A DNA stretch of 63,671 nucleotides, counting the filler, from Octopus bimaculoides (lineage: Eukaryota), in assembly GCF_001194135.2 (NCBI RefSeq). It is 5 parts of 4 records of this genome, joined end to end, with 100 filler letters (N's around TTAATTAATTAA, not from the genome) between each part and the next. Parts side by side here need not be neighbours in the genome. Positions count along the whole stretch, not along the records: positions 12,001 to 21,475 come from NW_026401410.1; positions 21,576 to 32,264 come from NC_068982.1; 3 more parts are not named here. The stretch is one strand, 5' to 3'. Shown here in pieces: positions 13,416 to 26,270 of the stretch (within the stretch, counting starts at the first letter, position 1; every line of letters begins with the position of its first letter). The translations under genes and the position numbers were made by a program. A model generated the notes under the pieces. The model was given only the letters and a program-made list of their open reading frames with translations, had not been told where the DNA came from and ran no database searches.

Positions 13416-15229
13416 AAGCAGAGGATTAGAGATTGGTTGGAAATGTATGTAGTTGTTGTTTCTTGACATGAAATGAAAGCCCTTCAGCCATGACCATCTG
13501 TTTATTTGATTATCAGGGGCTACATCCTTTAATCTATACTTTCTTTCTAATGGTAACTGAGAATACTTTGATTGTGAATTGGCTGCTGTTGTCAGCAAAT
13601 CGTTTAATTTAATAGTGTTCGTTTGTTGTTGTTTAGTGCCACTAATCCACAACTAAGCAAACATATGATAGTGTTGAAGCTGTGACCTTCATGTCTGTCT
13701 GTGTGGTATTGATTGCATAGACGAATGAATATTTTGTTTTGGAAATTTCACTGATATTTCAAGCATTTTGCAGAGGCTCCCTTCTAAACACGTACAGCAC
13801 ACACACACATCTGTACATTTGTATGTGTGTGTGTGTGTGTGTGGTGTGTGTGTGTGTGTGTGTGGTGTGTGTGTGTGTGTGTGTGGGTGTGTGTGTGTGT
13901 GTCCATACGCCAATAGGTTACAAAAAATGTTTTTACATTCTTATTTGAGCATGAGTGAGGCTTTGTAATGTTTAAATTATTTCATTTCTGATTTACACTG
14001 TGTTGTGCATAACATAAACATACCGATGAGAATTTAACACGCAAACCGAAAACAGAGCCCTTCATCAGTTGTCAACTGGAAATCCTCACAATTTCTTCAC
14101 CTAAAACGATATCGTTCATTCCAGCTTCGTCTGCAACATATTTGAGGAGCCTCGATATAGACACTTACACAAGATATTTAACGAAAGACACGAAAATAAG
14201 TATACGGTTTGGGCAACGCAAAAATAGAAAACGAAGCGGCCAGACAATTTATGATATTCGCCAGAAACGATAATTTGAAGGCAAGTTGTGCAAAGGATAG
14301 GAAAGATACAATGAATGAACAAAACAATATGAAACATTTAAAGTCTTAACGATTTAATGATAAATTAAAGACTGAAAGAGAAAAACAAAATGAAACATAA
14401 ATGATAACAAATGATTTTGCAAACTAGACGGTAAATGTGCGATAATTGTGTGAGTAAATGCATAGAAGTAGGGAGGAATGCCTTACGGCTTTAAAAAGAA
14501 AGTCAGGAGAGACTAACAAAACACCTGTATGCCGCAGCTGCAAGGTTGACGTGAAACATAAGGTTATTCAATAGAGAAAAGAAGAGGAAGGATTAGAGGA
14601 AGCAGGGAAGGGTGTAATAAGAAGGAAAAGTAGGTGATTGAAGTTGGGAAAGTGAACAGAAGTAGAGATGATGGAGAAAAGGAGAGAGATTGAGGAAAGA
14701 GAAAAGAGAGAGAGAGAGAGACGAGGTGTAACTGAGAGAAACAAAATCTTCATGCTACGCAAACGTTATAAAATTTTGTGTATACTGACACTGTTTTTGG
14801 AGAAATAACCGATTTTGCATTTTCTTTTCAAATTTCTCAAATTTCTTTACCGATGTTGTGACATCTATTAATTATGGTGTGATATAGAAGTGTTCGAAAC
14901 AGGTGAAGGTAATCAGGGATGTTTTTTCGGTATAAGGAAGATAATGAAAAATGTTGGGAATGGTTAGGTTTTGTTAATTTAACATGTTTTGGTTTTGATA
15001 GAATAAAATGTTAGAAATGAAGTATATTTTTCAATGAAGTAGGTTTCTTTATTTAATCTAACTTGTGTTGGTGTTCCACAAATTGTGGTCGTAGTTGTTT
15101 TGTGGTAGTAGTTGTAGTAGTAATTGTGTTAGTAGTCGTGCATCTGTCAATGTGTTCACTAAAGGGTATCATTCTGTATTTTGGGAATGCAATTTGCTGT
15201 CGGTGCAGAGTTCATCTGCATCTGAGCGA

Positions 15230-16095
15230 TAATCCCTTGGACACTATGAATCAGATTTTCCGAGGCACAAGTAAAGTCAGATTTAATTTTAATTTTTGTC
15301 CCTCTTTAAAAAGGAATTTTGATCATTCTAGAAGGTTTGGACATGTTGCACAGTTTGGTCGACCACATTTTTTCAGTTTCACTTTTATAAAGTAATTTTG
15401 TCTTTGTGAGGATCTATTTTAGTGACTTCAGATGTTTGTGGCTTTTAATGATCTTATGTGTGTGTAAAATCTCCTTTAATTTGGAGTCTTTATGTAGCAT
15501 TGGTAGATTTTGGATGATGATGGTGAAGGCTTCATTTTTCTGAGGCTGTATGTGGATATGTACGGTAGTATTTGCGGGGAAGTTGTGTTGCTGTGTTGAA
15601 CTTTCCTTAAGGATTTAATGTCGATTTGTGTTGCACGTCTGATTTCATTCTCTATAAGTTGAACTGTGTAGTGTCTGTCAATGAGGGTGTTTTTGAGTTC
15701 TTGCAGTCTAAAGTATCTGGTGTTTTTTCCTGACTCTCTGGTGCATATCCTTCTTGCAAGGTTGAAGGGGATGTTTGTTTTGGTGTGTCTTGGGTGGCAT
15801 AAATTAAATTGTAGATATTGTTTGGCGTCTGTGGTTTTGTAAAATATGTCCGTTTCTAGTTTTAGGTTTATTTTTTCAACTGATATATCCAAGAATGAGA
15901 GCTCCTTTAGGTTGTATTCCATTGTGAATTGTATGTTTGGGTTGACGCTGTTCAATAGTGTTTTAAATTCCACTTTGTGTTTTCATGCCAGAGGATGAAA
16001 TAGTCGTCCAGGAATCTTTACCAATTCTCTTTTATGTATTGGGAAAGAGGGTTTCCAAAGGTAGATAAAGATGCTTAGTATATTATTATCCTAAC
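15230..16095 (-). mobile_element. Penelope-like retroelement remnant (RT C-half, linker, start of GIY-YIG region), frameshifted
   Basis: RFLDDYFILW (RT YxDD-type motif, ~15985-16015); NSVNPNIQFTME...LSFLDI...TDIFYKTTDAKQYLQFNLCHPRHTKTNIPFNLARRIC; then KKCGRPNCATCP and FTCASENLI, typical of Penelope-like elements. Stops and frameshifts present. Confidence 0.9.
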
Positions 16096-16422
16096 CATAT
16101 ATATATATATATATATATANNNNNNNNNNNNNNNNNNNNNNNNNNNNNNNNNNNNNNNNNNNNNNNNNNNNNNNNNNNNNNNNNNNNNNNNNNNNNNNNN
16201 NNNNNNNNNNNNNNNNNNNNNNNNNNNNNNNNNNNNNNNNNNNNNNNNNNNNNNNNNNNNNNNNNNNNNNNNNNNNNNNNNNNNNNNNNNNNNNNNNNNN
16301 NNNNNNNNNNNNNNNNNNNNNNNNNNNNNNNNNNNNNNNNNNNNNNNNNNNNNNNNNNNNNNNNNNNNNNNNNNNNNNNNNNNNNNNNNNNNNNNNNNNN
16401 NNNNNNNNNNNNNNNNNNNNNN

Positions 16423-17307
16423 AGTTATTTGGCATGATAGATTAAATGCTTTGGTTGAACAAAATCCGAGAAAAATGGTTCGAAAACTTTCATCAGAACT
16501 CCAAACATCTTGCACAACTGTTTTTGGACACCTGTAAAAAATTGGAAAAGTCAAGAAAATAGATAGGTTTATTCTATATCAACTGAATGAGATAAAAAAA
16601 AACAGACGCCTCGAAGTTTCCTCCTTATTGCATTCTCGACTGGAAAAAGACCATTTCTACACGAAATCATTACTTGTGATGGGAAATGTATACTCTGTGA
16701 CAACAGCAGGAGAACAAACAGGACAGTGATTAGATGCAGGAGAGTCACCTAAACACTACCAAAGCCCATCTTTGCACCCTAAAAAGTTAGTGGTCACTGT
16801 ATGGTGGTCTGCGAAGGGAGTTATTCATTATTCATTATGCAACAAGGAAAATAAAATAGCAGCAACATCGTATTGCCAGGAAATCGATCGTATGCTTGAG
16901 AATTTGAAAAAGAAACAACCCAGACTGGTGAAGAATGATGGCCCAACGACAATGCACGTCCTCACACTCCTCAAGCTACGGTCCAAAAGTTGCAAAGCCT
17001 GAATTATGAGATTTTACAGCATCCTCCCTATTCTCCCGATATCTCTTCTACTGATCATCAATTATTTAAGCATTTTAAGCAATAAAACATTCTTAAACAG
17101 AGAAGAGGTAGTTGAAGCATTCGGACAGTTTATTACAACAAAAGATGATTTTTTTTTTAAAGATGGAATATATGACATAGAGAAACGCTGGGTAAACGTC
17201 ATAAATAGCCAGCGATCATGCTTTACTTAAATAAATCAGTTCTCTAACACTTCTGAAACATCTTATTGTTACCTTTCAAATTCAACATTTCGTGTAAAAC
17301 AGCCTAA
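16423..17307 (+). mobile_element. Mariner (DD34D) transposon remnant, transposase pseudogene, 5' end in gap
   Basis: Degenerate motifs EIITCDGKCILCDN (cf. ITGDEKW), HPKKLVVTVWW, NDNARPHT, YSPDISSTDHQLF (cf. YSPDLAPSD), DGIYDIEKRWVNVINSQ. Ends CAGCCTAA followed by TA. Confidence 0.9.
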
Positions 17308-17689
17308 TATATATATATATATATATATAACATATAAATATATATATATATATGTGTGCATATTTGTAAATGAGTTAACATGTGCTTAACAAAAATTGTA
17401 AATCCCAATATTACTGAAAGACATAATTACATTTGCTATATTACACAATCATGGAATACTCACACATATTACTAGGAATTTCCTAGCAATCCAAAGGCAT
17501 GCAATGATCAAATTTCTAAAATGGCAACCATGACATGTGCCACCATGTAGCAACAGTTGTGTGAAGCTGTTACAGGATGACCTGTGGCACATATATTAAA
17601 TACTGATTATGTATTGGATAACTTCATACCTGTGGCTTGCTGGGAGATTCTGTGTATTTTATGTGAATGCTTCATGTATGCAGAATATT

Positions 17690-17726
<37 letters not shown>

Positions 17727-17933
17727 TAAATATTCAAATGTTTACATTCGAAGAAAGATATTATTATTACTAATATTATCTGTGATAAAAAGAATAAGTA
17801 ATTGATAATAAATAGCACTAATAATATAGGTCCTTTCCGGTTTGGGACCTTAACTCCTATTTCTAAACAGGTTTGAGNNNNNNNNNNNNNNNNNNNNNNN
17901 NNNNNNNNNNNNNNNNNNNNNNNNNNNNNNNNN

Positions 17934-17978
<45 letters not shown>

Positions 17979-18772
17979 TATAATATGATATAGTATGATA
18001 TAATATATATACATACATATGTGTGTTAGTGGTATGTGTGTGTGTGTGCGCGCACGCGCGTATTTATATATACATTATAATGTACATACATAACACTATT
18101 CAGATTGATTGGAACATTAATCTGAGTCTGATGGTTTGTTCAACCAGCAAAAACAGGTAGGATACTTTAATAAATAGAAAATGGTGGTCAGTTTGTATTC
18201 TAAATTTGTTAAATTTTTTATTAAAGGATATTTTTATTTTATTTCGTGATAATTAGTTCCAGTTCAGTTTATCCATAGGTCTGATACCTTCTTAGTTTAT
18301 TTTAACACTTGACCAACGACTGACTTGTATTAATTTATCTCCATTTACAGTTTTTTAATGCATCTGTAATATTATATAATTATTTTAAAAGATTTTCATT
18401 TTATTTAGTAATTATTTTTATTTTATTTGTGTTTTATTCTTTCTTTTATGCATTTTAAATATATATATATATATATTTTTGTTTTTGCTTTTAACTTTAT
18501 GTCTCTTCACCTGTTCGATTTAATGCATATAATTTCGAATTTGTTTTTCTAGGAAAAAAATTCTTTCATTGAAAATTTAACAAATATTGCTAACAACCTA
18601 ACCATTTCCTTCAATTTAATTAAGCTTTCTATCTGTTTTACAATATAAATGCCAAAAGAACATTTTTCTTTACCTTGTAAAAAAGCCGTCAGGTGAAACT
18701 TTATGTCCCCCCTGAACAATTTTGTAATAAATACTGTTCTTCAGTATTGCGTCTTCCCATGAATAAAGGTCC

Positions 18773-18774
<2 letters not shown>

Positions 18775-18825
<51 letters not shown>

Positions 18826-18872
18826 GTTGTTGCTGTTGTTGTTGTTGTTATTATAATCATTATCATCATCAT
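18775..18872. repeat. Compound trinucleotide microsatellite (TTA)n(TTG)n(ATC)n
   Basis: Directly visible. Confidence 0.95.
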
Positions 18873-19535
18873 CTTAAAATATCTTGAAATAGTAACCTTA
18901 AATTAACACTGAAACACACACACACTCACACACATGTATTATTTATGCAAGTGCAGACACACACACTTACACACGAACGTACGCACACACACTTGCGTGC
19001 ACACACACACATGATTATATGAAATTTATGTCTAGGCACCCCCCCCCAAAAAAAAACACACACACAAAAACACACACACACACATATATATATAAACTGC
19101 CATCTTTAATTTCATTTGAGATTGTTCTGTTATGCTGTGAACATAAAATTTCAAAAGAAGAAAATATTTCCTGTCTGAGAAAATATTGTTACATGTTTCA
19201 AACATAATGAATGGAAACATGGGTTGTGATAAGACACACACACATGATTGGGTTCAGGAATTTAACCTCATATCATGTTCATTTTTGTTTTTTTGTATTT
19301 ATTGTCACTATTTAATCATTTAATGTTGTTGTTGCTACTGTAGCTATTGATGTTGAATATTTAATCTTTGTTGTTGTCCCTTCCTTTTGCCGTTTCTTTT
19401 TTTTTGGGGGGGGGGGAGCTTGCGCCCCTTCTTTGTGTCTGTGTCTGTTTTAATTCTCCTTTTCGTCATCGTTGTGTACTTATTATATTTAAACTCTTTT
19501 CTACTTATTATAGTCTTACTGCTTGTACTTTCTCT

Positions 19536-19696
19536 CTATGTATGTATGTATGTATGTATGTATGTATACATATACGTACATCTATATGCATATATATATA
19601 CATATATATTAATATATATACATACCTATATACATCCATACATACATACATACATAGATACATACATACATACATATACATACATACATACATGCA

Positions 19697-19751
<55 letters not shown>

Positions 19752-19895
19752 TATGAGTATATGCGTATATATATATATATTTACATATATACATATATGT
19801 ATATATACATATATATTAATATATATACATACCTATATACATACATGCATACATACATACATGTATATGTATATATATATATATATATACACATA
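19536..19895. repeat. Compound (TATG)/(CATA)/(TA) microsatellite with a higher-order duplication
   Basis: CATATATATTAATATATATACATACCTATATACAT occurs at ~19600 and ~19808. Confidence 0.9.
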
Positions 19896-20022
19896 CAGGG
19901 TGTCCACAAGGTCTGGGTATATGGAGTAAATAAAATCATAACATAAACAATTGAATATATGAAATAATAATTTCTTAAAGTATGTGTTAATCCCCATATA
20001 CCCAGACTTTATGGACACCCTG
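19896..20022. mobile_element. 127-bp Tc1/mariner-type MITE in a (TA)n tract
   Basis: ~29-bp TIRs CAGGGTGTCCACAAGGTCTGGGTATATGG / CCATATACCCAGACTTTATGGACACCCTG (2 mismatches), flanked by TA. Confidence 0.85.
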
Positions 20023-20929
20023 TATATATATATATATATAATATATGAGTATATGCATATATATGTACATGTATGTATATACCTTCATCGACATGTACAT
20101 ATAGATACATAACTGGGTACATGACGTGGCAAAAGAACATGGACAAAATGGTAAACAAGGTGCAACAAACAAGCAGGCCACATAAAAACATCTCGTTCAT
20201 CAGCTGCCACCATTAAAACCCCGGCGTTTCGAAGAATTAAGGCAGTACGCATCGTTAAAATGGTTATATATATGTGTATATATATATGTGTGTTAATCTG
20301 AAGTTATTTCGAGTGTTGATGCCTGTTTCTGGTTACAGCTAAATGCCATTGCCGATTATATAGCTTGTTTGTTCTATCTGTTCCCTTCCGTCTTCTTGGA
20401 ATCATTCTCGACAGCTCAACAACAACAACAACAACAACAATAACTTCAACCGCATCAACAACAAAATCATTTAAAGAACCTACCACTAAACAAAACAAAA
20501 AGCAAAATGTGAACTGTAACAATAATCACGTCAGCAACAACAAAAATACTGGCACCTCTCGTCCAATAATGATGATATAAGAATGAAGCCATAGTACAAT
20601 GTCTGTTGAAAATATTTCGTTAACAGGGAGCATAAAGAACTGTCTGCTACAAAACTCTAATTTTACAACGTCTTTTTGTTTTTGTTTCTTTTTATTTTGC
20701 AGACAGATTTTTGTTTCATATTTTTTACTCTGTCTTTTCTCTTTCTTTCTCCCTCTTTCTTGTTCGTTAAGTTTATTTTCTTCTGAAATTCTCTGTAGCT
20801 TTCTCCTTCCCTCTATTCTTACAATTTCCCTTTCTCTCTCCTACTTTTCTCTCTCTCACTCATATCTCTTTCTCTTATGTATGTCTTTCTCTCTTTTACT
20901 TCCTTCTCTCTCATACCTCAGCCATTCTC

Positions 20930-21240
20930 AGAGTCGGTCTCTTTCTCTCTCTTTCTCACATTTTCTCTCTCTCTCTCTTTCTCACATTTTCTCTCTCTCT
21001 CTTTCTCACATTCTCTCTCTCACTTTCTCGCATTCTCCCTCTCTCTTTCTTTCTTACATTCTCTCTCTCTCTCCTTCTCACATTCTCCCTCTCTCTCTTT
21101 CACACATTCTCCCTCTCTCTCTTTCACACATTCTCTCTATCTCTTTCTCACATTTCTCTCTCTCTCTTTCTCACATTCTCTCTCTCTCTTTCTCACATTT
21201 TCTCTCTCTCTTTCTCACATTCTCTCTCTCTTCCTCACCA
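20930..21240. repeat. CT-rich minisatellite, unit ~(CT)nTTCTCACATT
   Basis: More than ten imperfect copies visible. Confidence 0.9.
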
Positions 21241-21475
21241 GTTCAAACATTCTCTCAATCTCTCTTTTCTTATTCCTCTCTCTCCTTATTCCTCTCCATC
21301 TCTTCTCTTGCTCTCTTTCTTTACCATCTTTTCTTCTTCTTTCTTATGTTGTTTTCCCTTTCTCTTTTGTTTCCTTGTCTTGTTTTCTGCAACCATGAGC
21401 TGGTAGAAGACGCAGAGGTGTTGGCAGTTCCGGTGCCAGCATTGATGGTGGTAGCGGTGATAATGCTGTGATGGT

Positions 21476-21575
21476 NNNNNNNNNNNNNNNNNNNNNNNNN
21501 NNNNNNNNNNNNNNNNNNNTTAATTAATTAANNNNNNNNNNNNNNNNNNNNNNNNNNNNNNNNNNNNNNNNNNNN
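21476..21575. other. 100-bp scaffolding gap with TTAATTAATTAA spacer (also 11901-12000, 32265-32364, 53728-53827)
   Basis: Identical N44-TTAATTAATTAA-N44 layout four times; the 12-mer gives stops in all six frames. Confidence 0.95.
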
Positions 21576-22680
21576 GCTTTTGTAGAACTCACAGAAATTT
21601 GAATACCAGTTTCTTCCACTGGTTTTACAGTTACTGTGTCTTGTAATGGCATTTCCAATGTCTGCACTGTTATTTCTTTCTCCACCTCTTCTTCACCTGT
21701 TGTATATGTCTGTTCAGTCTTTATAACCATTGGTACCTGATCTTCAGACGTGACTTTCTTAGAGTCAATTGATACTACCATTTCCACAGGAATATCACTA
21801 ATTTTCTCTGGAGAAATCTCAGTCTTCCGTTCCTCAGTGCTTGTAGTTATAATTGAGGTAACTTTAGCAGTTTCAACTTTCTCTGGTATAATAGTCTGAG
21901 ATACATCTGTAAGTTGAATTTCAGAAACAGGTTTCACTTCTTCTTCTGGTTGTTTCTCCTTCATTACAGCAGTAGAAATTGCTGTAATATCAGTAATTTG
22001 TGGTTTCTTCTCTTTAATTTCCATTTCTTTAGCTTCAATCTGAATTGTACTTTCTGGCACAATATCGAATGTAGAAACTTCTGGTATAACTTCAGTTTCT
22101 TCTTTGCTAATGATAATTTCTCTTGTATCAATAGTGATTGGTTGTTTTTCTATAGAAATAACCTCAGGTACTTGAGGTGCAAACTGCATTTGAATTTCAC
22201 TGACTGCTTTTTCTGGTTTACCAATATCAATGGAGATAACTTCTGTTTTCTCAACAGGTTTAGCACCAATATCAAGTTGGATAGACATTTCCTCTTTAGG
22301 TTCTGGTTTAATATCAACCTCTGTCTTTGCTTTACTAGTTACTTGTATGTCTATTTTTTTATCAGGAATACTTTCAATGATTGTTGGTCCCGTCGTTATT
22401 TGTTCCCTGTGAGAAATATAAACTTCATCTGATTTTACGATTTCTTTTTCAACATCTTTTTGTTCTATGGTATGTTCAAGTACTTTTGTTTCATATGTAC
22501 TAGGTTCAACTACAACTGAAGCTGTTTGGATATCCATTTCAATGCTTTTAGGTGTTTCAAATGAGGGTGAACTTTCTTTTAATTCTGCAACTTCCTGTAC
22601 CACCGTCTTTGGTATTTCTTTAGTCCTTTCTTCTTCTTCTACCACTATTTCTTTTATTTCTGTATGAACTGGCATATCAC
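21576..22680 (-). CDS. Large downstream exon (3' end lost in gap) of the same giant acidic repeat protein
   Basis: Acceptor ttatttgatttatattAG|GTGATATG (AG at 22682-22681), phase 1, giving ...EDI-G-DMPVHTEIKE. Frame open ~1.1 kb into the gap. Same composition as the 31-32 kb exon and carries one near-identical copy of its 46-aa repeat (KTEVDIKPEPKEEMSIQLDIGAKPVEKTEVISIDIGKPEK). Confidence 0.85.
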
Positions 22681-23779
22681 CTAATATAAATCAAATAATT
22701 TTTAAGAAAAACATTTTTACATAGTAATTATTGTTTTGTCTCCATGTTTATTCATCCTGCTTTGACTTAACATAAAAAATTTATTATTATTATTTATTTA
22801 TAATTGGTGTAGTAAATGAGAGAAATGAAATCAGTAACATCAACTCCATAGCATATTTGTTATCTATACAGGTTTTCAATGAATAACTCTAAGAGTAGAT
22901 AATACTCGTACAGTATGCTGGTGTAAATGATTATTGCTATAAAATTTTGTATTTTCATTTGTTTTTGCTAAATACTGAATGAGTGAGGCTGCAAACAATT
23001 TTTACATAACTTAGTGTGTTTGTGCATAGGCTGTTGATAACTTAATATGTAGAATCACTTTAATTGGCATGTTAATGGCAGCATCAATTAAATTTATTAT
23101 CTTTTTACCTACTGCTTATTACTCTCCCAACTATCACTCAACTCTCTCTCTCTCTTAATCATTGTACTGTGGCTGGTACTGGTACTGTCTATATTCAGTT
23201 CCCCCACCAATCACAGTTTATCATCCTACCTGTATGTTTTCATGTGTAACAAGTCATTATTAGCAACCATTTTCTCTTCCCCACATCATCTTTCAATGAC
23301 ACTTACACTAAACACTCTCGTTTACCATCATTTACTCCCTTTCTTAAATATTAATCATCATCTCTTACTATCACCCATTGTTATACTTCAGCCTTTCTCT
23401 CTCACTTTCTCACACATATACACATACACACACATACACATTGCCCCTCTACTATAGCACTTTGTTGATATAGATTATTCTCTTTTATATAACTCTCCCT
23501 CACTTCAAGTATTTCTTCCATTAGTTTGTCCTAACATGTAGTCACTTATGACTGTCTCTTTTCCATTACTTCCATCCATACCACACTATTCACTCTGTTT
23601 AAAATCATTGCATGCAAACACATACTCATATATTATCTTCTGGTTATTCTGTTGTTTATGTGTCTTGGACAACAGGACAAGAGAGGATTATTTTGTCTTG
23701 CAAAGGACAAGGCATTCTCACTTGAGTGTAAAGTTATTGGCAAATGAACAGAGACAATAGCAAAGAGAGCAAAACAATC

Positions 23780-24008
23780 TTCTCTACTACTGGTGCCTCG
23801 ATAAAATACATTCAGTACTCTTGCTAAAGAGGCTGGTGTTAGGAAAGGTATCCAGCCTTTGACGCTATGTAAAATTAAATGTACAAGCAAGACATGGTCT
23901 CCTGAACCATCTGAGAAAGCAGTAACTCAAATAATGGAATCTAGCTGTGTCCAGGACAACTCATCTAACCCATACCATCATAGAAAAAAGATGTAAAATG
24001 ATGATGAA
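23780..24008 (+). mobile_element. RTE-like LINE/SINE 3' tail ending in (TGA)n
   Basis: GGTGTTAGGAAAGGTATCCAGCC...CTAACCCATACCATCATAG...AAATGATGATGA; same tail as at 3121-3260 and 6200-6320. Confidence 0.6.
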
Positions 24009-24629
24009 CATGTAATGTGCAACTGAGAATGTTCCTAACTGTAATTTACAAGGATTTTTTGAATGCAGGATTATGATTTGATAGTATGCATGTATGTATG
24101 TATGTATGTATGTATATAAAGGTGTGTGTGTGTGTGTGTGTGTGTGTGTCTGGTGTGATTGGATGTCATATAAAAACTATATTCATATAAAAACTAGATG
24201 TAGATACTAATATTGGAACATTATCATATAAATGATTACCATACATATATTGTAAGTTAGTTTCTACATTAATTTATACATCTTTCAATTTTGGTAAGGA
24301 ATACCATGTATATCTAAATGTTTAAATGAATATAATATAACTACAGATGAAATCAATATCAAATGCACCAATTAGAGAGAGCAGATATTGAAATTGGTTT
24401 GGCCATAAGGAGAGTATTACTGAAATGCTGAAAATATGTGACAAATTAAGATGTACACTAGTCCCTTGCATAGTTAGTCAGGTTATATAATGTGCTGAGG
24501 CATAACAGTATCATTGTTAACTACTACAAGGACAAAGGAAACGTAAAAATAAACAGTTATAGTTATGCCAAATTGATGTACAAGGCTATGAAAGAAATAG
24601 GCAATACACCTAATCATGAAAGTAAATGA

Positions 24630-25330
24630 TTAGGAAGAGAGTCAGTTTAGACGAGAAGCAGTTTTGGTTTGTACTGGGATGGAATACCGCAGGTACTCTC
24701 TTCTTAATGAGACATTTACAGCAAAATTTCTTATGTGAGAGTAAGCTGCTATACCTAGCACTTAGAAGAAAGTCTTTGAAAGGATATCACACTATGTAGC
24801 CTAGTGATCACTAAGAAAATTAGGTGTAAATAAATGGCTTGTGAGGACTGTGCAAGCCATGAACAGAAATGCCAAATTGTGAGTTAGAAATGAATTTGAT
24901 AAGAAATTTATTGTGCATGTAAATATCCATGAGTCATCAGTGCTTGGTTTCAGCCTACTCTTGTTTATTATACTTCTATAAACCATAAGGAAGGAGTTTA
25001 AGAGCAGCTGCCTAAGAGAACTTCTGCATACCAATAAGCTAGTTCTTAGTGATGTTGTTAAAGAATTAGAGAAGAAATCCCAACCATAGAAGCAGAATCT
25101 AAATTTGTGAGGTATCACAGGTAAGAAGGCAGGTTTCTATTGCTATCAGAGAGGTAACCATGCTCAATAGGCAGAAAAGGAGTGGATAGGGACTCTGTAG
25201 TTTGCACAAAATGTAAACTATAAATGCACAAGAGATGTTGTGGAATTATTGGAAGACTAACTGAGCAGATTTGGTATGTAGGAGATTCTAAGAAGTTTTT
25301 AACAGTAAGTCTCTTGTGAAAAAAATTTTA
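24630..25330 (+). mobile_element. RTE-clade LINE reverse transcriptase remnant, antisense to the host gene intron
   Basis: Degenerate translation SLRKLGVNKWLVRTVQAM...VRNEF...VNIH...LLFIIL..TIRKEFKSSCLRELLH..KLVL..KELEKK matches the RTE RT pattern (RKLGVxEWLVRAVQAMY; GCPWELLYADDL) with stops and indels. Confidence 0.75.
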
Positions 25331-26226
25331 CAGATGCTAGACAAGCTTCAGAAGCAGTTCATAGTGTTTGTTATCTAGGAGACTTTAATAAGATACAAAT
25401 TGTCTGACTTTTCATAATCAGATATAGTCATCAATGTTTGGTCAGTTACACTGGTTTTAGACAAAGAAAGAAAAGATTATGAGTGTAGTATAATTAAAAT
25501 AAAAGCTAAATTTGGGTTCCTGAACATTTCAAAATTGCATTTTCATCCTTAATTTACAGGTATTTTATCATAGACAAGACTGTAAGGCCCAAATTTAAAA
25601 TATAGACCAGTAAATGTGACAAATTATATATTGGTCTAAATAATTTACTTACTATTTAAACAATTATGATTAAAATACTACTGGTTTTAAAAAATCAAAA
25701 ATATAGACTTTGAAAATAAATATATATTGCATAATAACCAACAATGGTAGTGACTGAAAAGAAAACAACGTTGTTTGAGTGAGTGTACATGGTGATTAAA
25801 ATAAAACAAATATTAAAATCTAAATAAAAAAGTTGTTTACATCATACCTGATTTCCACAAATTTTAAATAGAAAGTAGAAATTATATGGAAACATACCTG
25901 AGTTGAAGATAACTAAATTATGATGTTGGTGAATATTCAGATGAATTTTTTTTAAATTTAAATATATACTTCCTGTATTGGTAAACTGGCATATTCTATT
26001 TTATGTCCACCATACATACACATATACGTGCATGAGCATATATATATGTATATATATATATATNNNNNNNNNNNNNNNNNNNNNNNNNNNNNNNNNNNNN
26101 NNNNATATATAACCCACACTTATATATTGTAAGAACTATTATATTAAAGTGCTGTAAAATACACATTTTGATTATGTAGGCTTGTCTCGTTATACAATAA
26201 CATGAAATCCATCATAAAATGTGTTT

Positions 26227-26270
26227 TCTTACCTGTAAAGAGAAATATAAAAGAGCAGTGTCAGATATGT
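26227..26270 (-). other. Abutting 3' and 5' splice-site consensus (candidate recursive splice site)
   Basis: CTGAC-actgctcttttatatttctctttacAG|GTAAGA; AG at 26234-26233, GT at 26232-26231. Confidence 0.5.

Noticed and set aside
14116-14337. 73-aa hydrophobic ORF with a GTAAGT donor near 14167
   Set aside because: No recognisable domain and no partner exon; lies in the probable Penelope 3' flank.
14880-14930. CGAAAC...TAATCAGG as a second hammerhead
   Set aside because: The two half-motifs are on opposite strands and the core reads CTGATTA; it cannot form the catalytic core.
20599-21471. 290-aa S/L/F/H-rich ORF, and similar ORFs at 11076-11674 and 59735-60069
   Set aside because: Translations of CT microsatellites or minisatellites, which lack stop codons by composition.
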